NCBI GenBank assembly: GCA_016618385.1 | Contig: JABFOP010000357.1 | Location: 415,545-479,544, forward strand | Length of the DNA: 64,000 bases | DNA from: Nymphon striatum | Taxonomy: Eukaryota | Reading direction: 5' to 3' | Part shown: one piece after another, positions 37,000-49,458 of the stretch | How positions within the stretch are numbered: position 1 is the stretch's first letter | Layout: every line of letters begins with the position of its first letter | Notes under the pieces: generated by a model | Told to the model about the DNA's origin: nothing | Databases searched by the model: none | Seen by the model: the letters and a program-made list of their open reading frames with translations, nothing else | Made by a program: the position numbers and the translations under genes

Positions 37000-39406
37000 A
37001 AAAAACTTACAAAATACACATGACATTTCTTTTTACCTTACAGCTTACTATTTGACCTCCAGCGACGTCCAGTGACCTCCGAGGTCACTCCCTCCTATCC
37101 AGGAACATCCGCGGGGTCAAACTGCACCCACTAATGGAAAGTTTGGCCTTCAAAGGCCAGCGGTTTGGCCGGCCATAGGCTACAAACAAACACACATACA
37201 CAATCTCCTATACAGTATAGATAAATATATAAATAAATCATCAAATATAAATCATCATCACCGAACATATGTATAATATTTACATGTACGTGTTTGCTGA
37301 TGATGATTTGGCATTTATTTTAATTAACTTTTACCGCTTGAAGTTTCAAAGAATACTGTATTTTTAGTCTAGTGTCACCAAAATAGATGTCGTTTTTGAA
37401 AAGTATATTTTATCTTTTCATAATTTTTGTGAAATTACTTATTATTCATTTTATTTTCTGTTTTCTTTTTTTCAAATCACAAACTTTCCCATCATTTCTT
37501 GTTCTGACGTACATGATACAATATTTGTTTACTTTTCATCGATCATCCGAAAGGCTCTTTTATTTGATGACTTGATTGAATATTTTCGGTTTTCGTGCAA
37601 AAATGGGTTCTGATATTGGGAAAAAATTCTCAAACTTTTTATTTTATTAACCTTATAAGGCTTATTGCACTAAACGAGTGGTATAAGATCTGGATTCTGG
37701 GCTAGAGTGACTCAAGTTCCAATCTCATTTGATCCCTCCACTCTTTACGATTACCTACGACTACGTCAACTGTGTATTCCTCTCTCAAAGATAGGGACTT
37801 GCGTATTTTTTCAAATTTCAATGAAATAAAATTTAAATAATTACATTAAAATGAACTAACTCTAAGCTTTAATTTGAGCCATAGAACATGACATAAGCAC
37901 TACATAGTTCTCGAGATATGTTGAATTAAAGTTGTGAAAAATAACAATTTTTCCAGTTATAGTTAGCATGGCGACACGCATAGGCAAAAATGGCAAATTT
38001 CATAGTAAAAAAAAAAATTATAGTTTTTTATTTTTAAAAAATAAAATAACAATTCACAAGCAAGAAATGGGTATCAATACGTAGCTACGGCTTTCTACTT
38101 TTAGAATTGACATTCATGAGAATCAGTGCTGCTCATTCCACGACAAAAAACGGACTTTTTCTGTGTCAGCCTGCACGTTTTATTTTTGGACAATAATCCA
38201 TAAGCGATTTTCCGAGTAACGAAAACACAGCGCCCTCTCACGATTTGCAAGTACCTATCAAAGGACAAAGTAGATGCTATCTATCTATGTATTCTTGTCG
38301 TGCTTAGAGGCACATACGACCATGGCAAAACCTTTCTACCTTCCTCTCTCTTTCGCTAAACTTAAGAAGCGGCCTGTTCCCAAGAACTCCAGCCTCCTAC
38401 ATTCTTTCCTTTTTCACCACGTTGTCTTTGGCCTCCCATTGCAGATTGCTTCTCCTTCCTGGTGGTGCCCATTTTAGTGCCATTTTTGTATCCTCTTTTG
38501 GATCTTTTCTGAGGATGTGGCCGATCCATCTCCATCTTCACTCTATAATCTGCGTGCCTATGTAGATGCAGGCTGGTTTAATTAATTAAGTCTTAAGAGA
38601 GAAAACATGCTGTCTCCTAGGTAGGGTGTTAATGAAAGTCCCGTGTAAAGGAGAGTTGCACCCTCTGCATGTTAAAAACACACATAACTATTCGAACAAG
38701 ATTAGAGTAAAAGGTCCTGGTCAAGTGGAGCACCTGCGAGGTTTGCTAATTTTTGGCTGTAGCATGAGAAATAGAGCTCGCTTGTCATGGCTTGTAGTTC
38801 TGACAGAGAAGCATTGCATTCAGTCAGATTGACTACAGCCTCCAGCTTGCTATAAACCCATATGATCGAATATGATAATTTCAATTGGATGATTTCCCAC
38901 TTGAAATAAAAACTATGTGTTGATATACTTCTTTCCATATGAGGCTGATTACTGATATGCATTGTAACAGGAAGATATTTCAATTCTGCACGAAAAGGTG
39001 GATACAACCCTTGTAATCGTACGGTTAGGAGCATGGAAGTGAAATTGGATTGACGTGCTCAGTTCCAGTACAGTACCGAAACTAATATTAACAATGGCAA
39101 ATTTCATGATTTGTGTAGGATTGTAGATTTGATTGTCCACTCGTTGTATGAGGTTGGTTAATATTCGAGGTTTTGGTAAAAAAAAATTATATTTTAAAAG
39201 AATATTTTAAAATATTATTTTTAATTAAGCCTAAAATTTGATTGGTGTTGTTTATTTTAGTGAATTTTTTCAATAGATAATAAAAATGATTTTACTTTTA
39301 AATAATTTTAGAATATGCAGAATTTATCTTGTTATGAATTATAAATATTAAAGTTATATCACCTTAAGATATTTCATGCTACAGCAATTATATCTCTTGT
39401 ATTGCA

Positions 39407-39849
39407 GTGATCAGCGAAATGATTTTTTACAGAAGAGGATGTCTATCATTTATGATTATAACGAGTGTTTCATTTATATTTGGAATGTTTTTTCACCGCT
39501 CATTCTTCTGCAATAGAATTGTGCTCTATAGCCCTTTGGAGGTTCCTAATAGAGGATTTCAGAATGATATTTATCCGCAAGCTGTCAAGATGGTAACTAA
39601 ATCCAATAATGTTGAAGATGTTGAGCCTGTTATTATGAAAAGAAGCATGTCTTCAGTTGCTAAGTCATCATTTCACAAGAAACTTGTGCATTTAGACTTG
39701 AAGGGAGCACCTCCAAAGATAAGCTATCTTGAGAGTCTGTTGCCTTTGTTAAAGAAACAAGGTGCTACAGGGTTGATTATTGAATACGAAGATTCATTTC
39801 CATTTGAAGGTGAAATTTATGAATTAAGTTCTACAAAGCCTTATTACAA
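39407..39849 (+). CDS. HEXDC: Hexosaminidase D-like (GH20 family) first coding exon. It has an N-terminal hydrophobic extension that is a possible signal anchor, then [56 protein letters not shown].
   Basis: Long ORF. It matches the HEXDC N-terminus ([44 protein letters not shown]). The donor is aa|gtaagt at 39850. Confidence 0.8.
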
Positions 39850-41228
39850 GTAAGTATTACATTATAAAACTTTTTCAAATATGCAAATAAGTGGAATAAG
39901 ATAAATGCGGATAAATGAAATGAAAATACTGGCAGGAAAAAAAAAAATTGAGACAAACTGACATCTTGTAAAATATAAAAAAATAAGCAAACCAAATAAA
40001 AATATTGGCCCAAATAAAATCACTTTGGGTGTTCAACTTGGGTTTGAGGTCACAGATGTAGAGCATTTCATATATCAGGCAATCAAACTTAGTCTTACAT
40101 TTTTTCAGCACTTTTAATCAATGGGGTCAATGGATCAGTGAGTGTTATAGGGTTCGTACGGGTCCTTAAAAACTATGAAAGTCCATAAATGTTTATCTGC
40201 TGAAATTAAGTACATAATTTGAGAAATATCCAGAAATTTTAGGAAATATTTCAAAGTCAATGAAAGTCCTTAAAAATCTTATTTCTATTCTCATCAAAGT
40301 CCAGATTAGCAAATTTGTAGTACGGAAATAAATATTTTCTTCATCCGTAAATTCCGCTGCACCCGGCCTAAACAAATTCCGCTGTCGCACCTCGTGTCAT
40401 TGTTTACCTTCAAAATGCCTAAGATGACGTGATCGGTTCGGGTAATCTCTGCACACCAATGGTGATCGCTATATTGTCCCCAAGTGTGTTTCCTTGTTCA
40501 ACCACCTATAGCACAGAACAGTGGATTAAGTCACCATTTCTCACAAAGAAGCGCTGCATTTCAGTCGGATTTACACGGCCTCCAACTTGCCAAAATAATT
40601 TCCGAAGTATCTGACATGGAATGCAGGTCCGACAAATTGGAATATAATGGAACACTACGACAATGGTCCTTAAAAAACTGTTGGATTTGATCCTTGAAAG
40701 TCCTCAGAAGTCCTTAAATTTTGCTTCCAGTTTTGAGTGGGAACCCTGTGTTAGGTATATTCTCAATATAAGTAAAAATAACAAAACTAGATATAATACT
40801 AAATAGCAATATGAATTTTAACAAAAGAGGTATATGTTGCCCTCTGATCTCTACTACCTGTGATTATACTTTGTAGATAGATCTCTTTCTCTCAAATGTA
40901 GTTGTTGATGTAAAAGGTAAAGTCTGTGTGCTTCTTGTTCTTTTCTCTGAAAAACTGGCTATATGCTCCTAGAATAATTTGAAAGTATTATATGAATATT
41001 ATGTATATACAAGTTTGTATCAGAAATAACCCAACGTAGAATTGACCTTCTATGATAATCTTGTCCATTTATCATATCAGATGATTTTGCCAGAACTATT
41101 TTGACACACTGAACGGACTGTGGCTTATTTGGGATAATATTATGTTATATCTTTTTTATGTTGATTCTGAGTCTGATAAATTTTTTTATAGAATTTTATA
41201 CAATTAATTATTTTTTCGTTTTTATCAG

Positions 41229-41535
41229 AGTGGAACTGAAGAATTTTCTCCGAAGTGCATCAATATTGGGATTTGACATCATTCCTTTAGTGCAAACATT
41301 TGGTCACATGGAATTTGCATTGAAACTTCCCCGTTTCAAGAAATTAAGAGAAAACTCATTATATCCCAATAATCTGTGTCCATCTCAAATGAAATCAATG
41401 GAACTAGTAAAAGAAATAATTTCCCAGGTTGTGTCTTTTCACAAAGAGTTCCGAATTAAACAATTGCATATTGGATGTGACGAAGTGTATCATTTGGCCG
41501 AATGTGAAATTTGTTCTAAAAGTGCTTGCCAATAG
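41229..41535 (+). CDS. HEXDC: HEXDC-like exon 2 ([34 protein letters not shown]...KQLHIGCDEVYHLAECE..). The reading frame fails near 41515 and hits a stop at 41533.
   Basis: ttatcag acceptor at 41228. It matches [33 protein letters not shown]...RLHIGCDEVYYLGEGE. Confidence 0.7.
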
Positions 41536-41782
41536 TCTATATGGAAATTGGACTTTGTTTCTGAAGCATGTGAAAGCTGTTGCTGAGCATGTGCAAAGTG
41601 TACACTGGCTTGACTCCGATCATTTGGGATGACATGCTTCGTAAGATTCCTGAAGAAACCATCAGAGTGCACAATGTACAAGATGTTGTGGAGATAATGG
41701 TTTGGAATTATCATCCGCATGTTCCCTGAGTCTCTTAATGAGGTAACTTGGATGAAATATAAGAATTTAGTTTCGCCATAAA
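41500..41782 (+). pseudogene. HEXDC: HEXDC-homologous stretch read only by hopping frames 1 to 2 to 0 to 1 to 2, with four +1 shifts. The fragments VLANSLYGNWTLFLKHVKAVAEHVQSV, then LTPIIWDDMLRKIPEETIRVHNVQDVVEIMVWNYHPH, then MKYKNLVSP, then FRHKMWAAS are all homologous to consecutive HEXDC segments.
   Basis: Overlapping ORFs in three frames (41158..41535, 41429..41632, a third in frame 0, 41783..). Each continues the HEXDC alignment (..LSHMRAVASGV.., ..VTPLVWDDMLRDLPED.., ..LLMQKYRRCGFPQLWAASAFKGATG). Confidence 0.6.
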
Positions 41783-42517
41783 ATGTGGGCTGCTAGCTCT
41801 TTTAAAGGAGCAACCGGAGTTGATCAAATGATGACATCTCCTCAGTATCACCTTAGAAATCATAAGATATGGATGGAAACTGCATTCAACCACAGTCACG
41901 ACTTTTCTTTTAAAGGTATTGCACTCACTGGATGGCAACGTTATGATCATTTCTCTGTAATGTGTGAATTACTTCCTGTTGCAATACCAAGCTTAATTTC
42001 TAATCTTCGTTATTTGAATAATCCTGATTTGTCTGACGAACAACTGATAGATGAAGTTCGGGATGCTTTGAAGTGCAACAACCCGCTTCCTTTAGATATT
42101 CCAAATTCTACTTTTATTGCTGAATGTTCTTTTCCTGGAAGTTCTATTTACAAGTCAATTTTGGAAGTGTATAATTTGAATCTTAATTATTTTTACATAA
42201 TAAAAAACAGTCATATGGCTGGTTGGATGACTAGTTATCAAGTGCTCAATTCGTATAGTAACCCTGACCATGTTAGGCTTGCCATGAGAGGCATTCGAGG
42301 AATAACTCAACGATATGCTTTTCTGGCAACAAGTTTACCACAGCAGCTCAGTGAAATTTACGAACAAGAAACCATTGATGAATGGTATTTTATGTACTTT
42401 GGAAATATTAAAAGTGATTTACGAAAGTTGGAATGGCATGCTGAAAAACTGATGTCACAAACAACTTGGCCTCGAAGATATTTCTCGCATAAAGATCCTG
42501 TTTCTACAATATGAAAA
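41771..42517 (+). CDS. HEXDC: HEXDC-like C-terminal region in one open frame (FRHKMWAASSFKGATG...[26 protein letters not shown]...TWPRRYFSHKDPVSTI*)
   Basis: A 243-aa ORF that matches HEXDC LWAASAFKGATG...[25 protein letters not shown]. Confidence 0.75.
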
Positions 42518-44617
42518 AATGATGTTTTTGTGGAGATTGAACATGATAAACTTTCAGGTATATATATGTATGCTTATATACTTTTTTTTTCTTCCAACTG
42601 AATACATCTTCGATATATTCTCACATTATGTCATGCACATTAGTTTATTCATATCGGATTAATTTTATTCATTTGATTTTATATTTTAGAATTTTTTTCT
42701 TTTAAAGTCATAAGGTATTTTTAGCAGTTAAATAGTTTTTATGTTAAAAATGTAAAATATCTAAAGGACTTATGCATTAAAAAAAATGACTCTTTTCATG
42801 TTTATCTCAAAGTGTGTTCCTACTGTTTACCCAGTTCCCAAACAAACACATTTTGCCTTTTTCTTGTTTTTGTTTTATCTTTAAAAATAACCTTACCCTT
42901 TGAGTGACAACGTCAGAGAATCTATCTACCTGCAGTGTGTCCGATCACGTAAAAGTGTACGTGATTCACGTTTATTTCGAAAAATCGCGTACATAATTTT
43001 GTTTAGAAACGTGCTAGCACGTACACAGAATGATGTATGCTGTGTTTAAAATCATTCAATTTCATGTGGTAGATCTTAAAACTAATTCGTTCCTATATTT
43101 AATTCACCTTAAGTGAAAAAAGTGGAACAATGTGCCTGTTCTGTAGAGAGATTCACTGATCAGGAAAATTGTTAAGCATTCATATGAAGACTTAATTGAT
43201 AATATGAGTGCTTTCAAGTGTTTTGTTATAATTTGAATATAAATATTGATTTTGAATAAAAAAACTGTGTACCCTCTATTTTTTCTCTGTACCCCCAACT
43301 TTCACTCACTTTCAGTCACTGAAATCAGTGGACACACTGACCTGAATGCAAATGAACATACAATTCCGCATGTGCACTAACCTCTAAAAGGGTCATTGAC
43401 TAAGTCCAAGTCATAAAAAGTTGGTTTTTCTCTGCATAAGTCCTTTCATTTCCCATAAGTTGCTTCTCGACTTGAAACGGATCAACTTCAAAAAGACATA
43501 CATCAAATGATTCATGTTTATTTTTCAACACTTGACCAGCATTCACATACAATTGTGTCTCCACTCAAAACGTATTTTATCACTTACGTTTTTATGAAAT
43601 CACATAAACACTAGACAAGTGAACCTCGCAGATGATGGGCTCAGCCCCAAATATCAAACAAGCCTTGCAAATTCCTTTCTTTTAAACATTGAAATAATTT
43701 TTCAGCAATTTCCCTCCCATTAATTTCTTTAAATGTCTTTAAATCTTCTAAAATACCCAATTCAACTTTATTTGTCAATATGTTGATGTCGTCCATGTTG
43801 GATTTGTGTTATCAACCAATCAACGCCGATTGGGTAAAGGTGAAGAACGAAGTGAGAAAGCATTCTCTAACCTCTTCAAGATCGCAGTTCTTTGTGCTGT
43901 AAGGTTTTGGCTAAGTATCAGTGATAAGCTGTTCAATAAATTGTGCGTCTGCAATAATCAACACAAACTCCAGCCATTATGTCCATTCTATTTTGTTATA
44001 GTCAAATTTCTCCTATGCTAAATGTGGTTTTATTTCAAAATGTGATTTTTGTTGAATCTCATTACTATTTGTTTCTTCTAGTCATCTTGTTATCATCTTT
44101 GTTGATCACACCTTTATTTTTTTGTATACCTTATCACCAAGTTTCGTCCAAAGAAATGAGTTTTATTTTAATTACATTATAATTCCTATTAAAAGCAAAA
44201 TAGCATTCGTACTTTTCCCATGAATACCCAGCATTAAAAACTATGTAATGATGCGAATAGTATTCGTGATGCAATCTCAGTTTTATGAGAGGTAAATTCA
44301 TAAAGGTTTATAAGAAAATGTTATCATGAAAAAATATTAATTATAAATTAAACAAAGCAAATATATTTTCAGATCCTTATTTTTTTTTGCTGTAATTTTA
44401 ATATATATTTAATATCTGTGGTTTGGAAAAATAAATGTATGGTGAAGATGTTTATATAGAATTATCATGTTGTGTTTTTTAAAGATATACATAATACTTT
44501 TCGCATACCATTTTATTTTCTGAAATAAAGTTCTTTCATAATTGTAATCCACTTTTGTTTTTCAATATTTTAATGACATTATTTCTTCGTACTCAAGCAC
44601 ATATTGGTGAAGGTCAG

Positions 44618-44843
44618 TTATGTTGTTGTTGTTGTTGGGTTTTACGACCCACCGATACCTTTAAGGCTCATTCGGAGTCAGTCCTCTATCTTCCTATTTA
44701 GACTTTTAGAAGGGTTGGAGGAAGAAGAGATTATCGATAGGAAAGAATCAGCTGAGGGGAAGAATCCCCAACCTACCTTACAGCAAATCGGAGCTAATTA
44801 ATGCACCGATTTCTCAAGCAGAGGTGAAACCCTCTCGTCTAAG
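44618..44843 (-). mobile_element. SINE-like retroposon insertion with a (TTG)n / (CAA)n tail, flanked by a 15-16 bp TSD (G[TC]GAAGGTCAGTTATG). A related partial copy lies at 22030..22180.
   Basis: The direct repeat of the flanking target is read at 44602-17 and 44844-59. A long TSD is typical of LINE-mediated retroposition. Confidence 0.65.
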
Positions 44844-45432
44844 CTGTAACGGCGAAGGTCAGTTATGACTTCATCACGACCTTTCCATGACTAGTGTTTA
44901 TTTATCACAGATATAAAAATTGAAACAATGTGCTTAGTTAGGGGTTACGCTGGCGTCTGCCATTTCCGCATTTTGTGATTTTTTTATCAATTTGGCATAA
45001 AAAAAATACGACTGGCGAATTTCTTTTGGCATAGAAGTTTTTTTTTTTTTTTTATTATTTTCTTGCCACCAAGGCAAGACATTAAAGAAATGTACAGAAA
45101 ATACAACAGATGTAATGAATTTTGTGGCAAAACAGTAAAAGTTATATAAGTGACAATACTTTAATACAACCGCTTTATGAAAAAACTTAATAAAAATACG
45201 AAAGAGTTTCAAATCGAAATAGAGTAGAGTGAAAATTCAAAACACTAAAAGTAGTCATTTTTTCCCAGGAAATGCACCAGAGGCCACCATACGACTTCCG
45301 ATTTTCAAAAATGTTCTGGGGGGGGGGGGGGGCGACAGGCCCTAAAGTATATTTGGCTAATAAAAATCAAAAGCCAGGGGAACCCCTGCTTAGTAGAAAT
45401 CATAATTTATAATTTCTTAAAATTGACTCCAT

Positions 45433-45793
45433 TTTAAAGGTATCCTAAGGTACTTTACTAAGGACTTGAAGATATTTTATGTAAAAAAATTCGCTGATTT
45501 CAAAAATATTATCAACATTTTTAAAAGTAATTATTTCCCACCGAAAACGCGATTTTCATATCAATTATTACGTTTGTCACGTGGTCCGATGACGTCACCG
45601 TAGACTATTGCATCATATTGCTCGACTGGAAGTTTGTGATGTCATATAAGTGATGTCACATTGTCCTAATTGATATAAAAATCGTGTTTTCGGTGGGGAA
45701 TAATTATTTTAAAAAAATTTTGATAATATTATTAGCGATTTTTTTTACATAAAATAACTTCAAGTCTTAAAGTACCTTAGGATCCCTTTAAAG
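45433..45793. mobile_element. Foldback MITE with roughly 130-bp TIRs and a short central spacer
   Basis: The arms are reverse complements, read directly. Confidence 0.75.
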
Positions 45794-46789
45794 AAGAGTT
45801 GAAAGATAAAATTGTCTATCTTAATCGTCAAATCATTTCATGTAGTTGAACCACAGATTTTCTCACATTCTTAAAATGTTGTTATCACGTATGTCTGGCA
45901 CTGATGTCTTGAACCCGTTAATGCTCGTCATCATTATTCTCCAGCCATTTTTAAATGAAAAAGTATTAACAGGTGTAGCTGTTTTATGTGAGGTCATAGC
46001 TCCAGGCAGCAATGGTCGTAAGGTTGCTGTCATCTAAAGCATGTTGAATGTTGGTATCCTAATAAGCAGAATTTTTGAAATTTTTTTACAAATGTAGGAA
46101 TAAATCTAATTTCATTTTGTCAATTTATTTTCAAAATTTAGTCACCATACAGAAACAACGAACAAGTAGGACACCCAATACAGACAAACCTCTGCAAACT
46201 AAAAGGTTTGAAGCGGTTTTGCAAAATTGACCCTTCGAATTTAACAATTAGGACCACACTTACATGTAAATATCGTGCACAATTTCGGTTTTTATATAAA
46301 AATATTTGGTCAACTTAAAGTATAACCAAAATAAAGTAAATCTCTGGTAGTAGTATTCACCTCAATCATTCTTCAACCTGCTACACATATCTTGGTTATT
46401 ATACGTAGAAAACTTGTTCTTAAATCATTCTACACGAAGGTTAAAAATCAGAAAAAAATGAAGAAAAAAAAAAACGGAAAATTTACATCAATGTATTATA
46501 CTGTTACAGTATAATACTAATTAGCAGTAAACAATAACTTCAGTTAGATAACAGGTGAAGAGAATGTGTTAAACAAAAATATACTAAAAACATCAAAGGA
46601 ACCTAAGCTGTCAATGGAATGCTAACACATTCAAACAACAAAAGACCTGTTAGTGTTAAAGGATTACATTAGAGAGTAGAGCTCCCCCGCCGATAACGGA
46701 GTGTCAATGGAAGAAGAGAACAAATGAAACAAGTAATAAAGCTGATTTAGAGGTTAATTTTGGTGAATTTTTGTTTTTGTTTTTTTTTT

Positions 46790-47650
46790 TTTATAAATAA
46801 ACATTTTTTTCAACGAATTTGCACTCAAATCAGGAATGACCCAGAAAATATTTTCTGTTACGAAATTCTGTCACCTGACGGACAACTTTCACCCCTGAAT
46901 TAACTTTCGGAAAAAAAAAAAACTATAAAAGTGGATTCAGTAGGCAGCCAACAGGATTCATAATTTTATCAAGGATTAGATTCAATAGGGATCGCCAAGT
47001 TGATTTGATGATAAAAAAATAGAGAAAGGAGGACGTATATCAATCGTTTTTGGTGCCAAAAAAACTTTAACTGTGCATCATGACGCTTAATATTATGTTC
47101 CTCTCTGCCAAAATTGAAAAGTCGATTAAAAATTTAAAATTCTGAAAAAGTGTGAACATGTTTGCCATTACCCAAAAGTGATAAATCGCCATCATTTACA
47201 TCACACTTAACAACCGGATACCCAACTTTGATTAAAATTGTTTTTATTGGCGTTTCGCCAGGACACCTGGAACCTGGAACGACAGTCCTGCACTCAAATT
47301 CAACTTCAAAACACAGTGTTTGTAAACAAATATAACGATAGTGTGTCATGGTTTCCCCAACAGTGTAATAGGATAAACAAGTGATGACACAGTTAGGGGT
47401 TAGGTCTATTTGACTGGTACTCGCTCCTCGTTGTTTACATGCATATATATGTGCATATACTAGTAAATCAACACACGGAACATAGGCTAGAGGAAATCCC
47501 CCAAAACGGGGCTAAGTCAAGACTCTGCTCCGCACCCCCACCCCATAAATACAAATTTTTTTCAACGAATTTGCACTTAACTCAGGAATGACGCAGAAAA
47601 TATTTTCTGTTACGGAATTCCGTCAACTTTCAGGGCAGATTCATAACTCT
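46790..47650. repeat. Pair of roughly 100-bp direct repeats (AAYATTTTTTTCAACGAATTTGCACTYAAMTCAGGAATGACSCAGAAAATATTTTCTGTTACGRAATTC) at 46790..46900 and 47545..47650, flanking about 650 bp
   Basis: Read directly. They lie in the HIRA 3' flank or UTR region. Confidence 0.6.
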
Positions 47651-47986
47651 GCAATAGCAATCAAAATCTCCAATAAATGAAAAAACATGGATAAAATTAT
47701 TTAAAAAATTATTTAATGAGAAATAATAACTGACATAACAACGTGGGATTTTTCCCACAAAACATATGGCAACTAATTATGAAAAAATTTACAGATTAAT
47801 TATACATAGGAATGAGAGTAAGATATGTATGAATAAAAACTATAATACATTTTTTGAATGACATGATTGGTCTTTTGTCATATGTTTATATATATATATA
47901 TATATTTACATAAAGAAAGTATAAAATTATTGATAATTCTACTTGTGCACTGGCAGTGGAGAAGACAATTGAATTCACACCTACAG

Positions 47987-48100
47987 TCATGACTTGATCT
48001 CTTCAAGTTGGTCATGGTATTCGGTGAATAAGCGTTGAAGTTTCAAATTGGATCCAATTATTAAAAGCACTTCTTTGAGTATTTCTCGTTTCTTCAAACC
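47987..48100 (-). CDS. HIRA: HIRA terminal coding exon (GLKKREILKEVLLIIGSNLKLQRLFTEYHDQLEEIKS*). The stop codon is at 47987..47989.
   Basis: It matches the HIRA C-terminus GLRKRELLKELLPVIGQNLRFQRLFTECQEQLDILRDK*. ttgtag acceptor. Confidence 0.85.
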   Translation of the reverse strand, partial: GLKKREILKEVLLIIGSNLKLQRLFTEYHDQLEEIKS

Positions 48101-48896
48101 CTACAATTAAAATTGACAATACATGAATAAGAAATATAATTTATGGGTTATACAGAATCACTTTCAGTGTTCTCCGCAAGAACCAGCTGCCGGCCAAATT
48201 GACCGTTTCAAACAATTTTCTGGCCGGTTCAAATGTTTTAAATTTCAAAAAATAAATTATAAAGAAAATCGCGGTGTCGAGTATTAAAACCTTTTGAGCA
48301 TGTCAAGATCTGAAATGCTTGTTGTTAGTCTAAAAATCATGAAAATGTTATGCATTGATGGATAGTATGGTGAGAAACCTAGATGTGTATACATTTCTAT
48401 AAATAACTCACTCAAATATTGTAGCTTTTATGTTGACCATCTTGGGCCAGCGTGGAAGAGTAGGCCAAAACCAGCATGAATATGCAAGGGACAGAGAAAA
48501 TTAGAGAGATCATGCTGAGGCCTTCATCCAGCAGTGGATCGAGAATGGCTGATATGATGATGATATTAATATTGACATTATAATTCATAATGATATTTAT
48601 GAAATTAGTAAAATTTGAGAAAAGTAGGGTGGATCCTGCCTGCTCCATTGGTAGATTCTCATCTAACACTTTAGTCAGTTCCAAGAAATCCTTTTTGTAA
48701 ACAATGTATAATATAATTCTTAGCAAATATTTGCAACCATCACTTATTCACCTCCTTTCTAGCACTTTTTCATGCGAAGAAACTTTCACCATAATTGCTA
48801 AATCATTTCATTTTTATGTTAAAGATATAATTGTGGAGTGTCTGCTCCCGATATTGATAAGCAACCTTAATTGTTATCAATAAATATAATACATAC

Positions 48897-48985
48897 AAGA
48901 ATTGTAGAATCCCAAGATGATTTAGAAGTAATGCATACAGGTCCAATGAGGTCATTACAGATCAGACGCAGTCGGTCTTCCATAC
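48897..48985 (-). CDS. HIRA: HIRA exon (CMEDRLRLICNDLIGPVCITSKSSWDSTIL)
   Basis: It matches GFEYRLREICKDLLGPVHYSTGSQWESTVV. tatag acceptor and gtatgt donor. Confidence 0.75.
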
Positions 48986-49458
48986 CTATAAACAATGTAA
49001 AAAAATAAATACCCAAAAAATACAATTATTATTATTATTTAACAGAACAGTTTTGTAATTCTAATTACCGTAAACCTCCACATACAATCCGCACTTTTAT
49101 GATTCTAGAACTAACCCCCAAAAGCGGATTATACATGACAACAACATCCAGAAAGAATTTTTACCCATCACAAGTGCTGTTTTCCCGAGTATACTATCGC
49201 CGGAAAAAACTTAGATGAGCGATACCATAATCCAGAGCGTATAAGTTGCACTTTAAAATGGAATAAACTATTTTTAAAATCGGGGTGAGACTTAATTATA
49301 CGCGCCAAACAAACTTTTGACTAGCATCCTGCTCGAGGGGAGTGTAAAAATTCTCAGTAATTTAATAGTAAAGAACCGCGCTTAAGCAGTGAATTTCCTT
49401 TACTAGCCTAAGGGGAATTTTCTAATTACTTTACTTGTGGAAGGTGAGCCTATCATTT

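Noticed and set aside
41441-41782. Micro-introns of about 19-28 nt explaining the HEXDC frame changes (for example gtgaaatttgttctaaaag, gtaacttggatgaaatataagaatttag)
   Set aside because: Every other intron in the window is 70 nt or longer. Two of the four shifts have no GT..AG candidate at all. Indels or pseudogenisation are more parsimonious, but I keep this as an open question in the findings.
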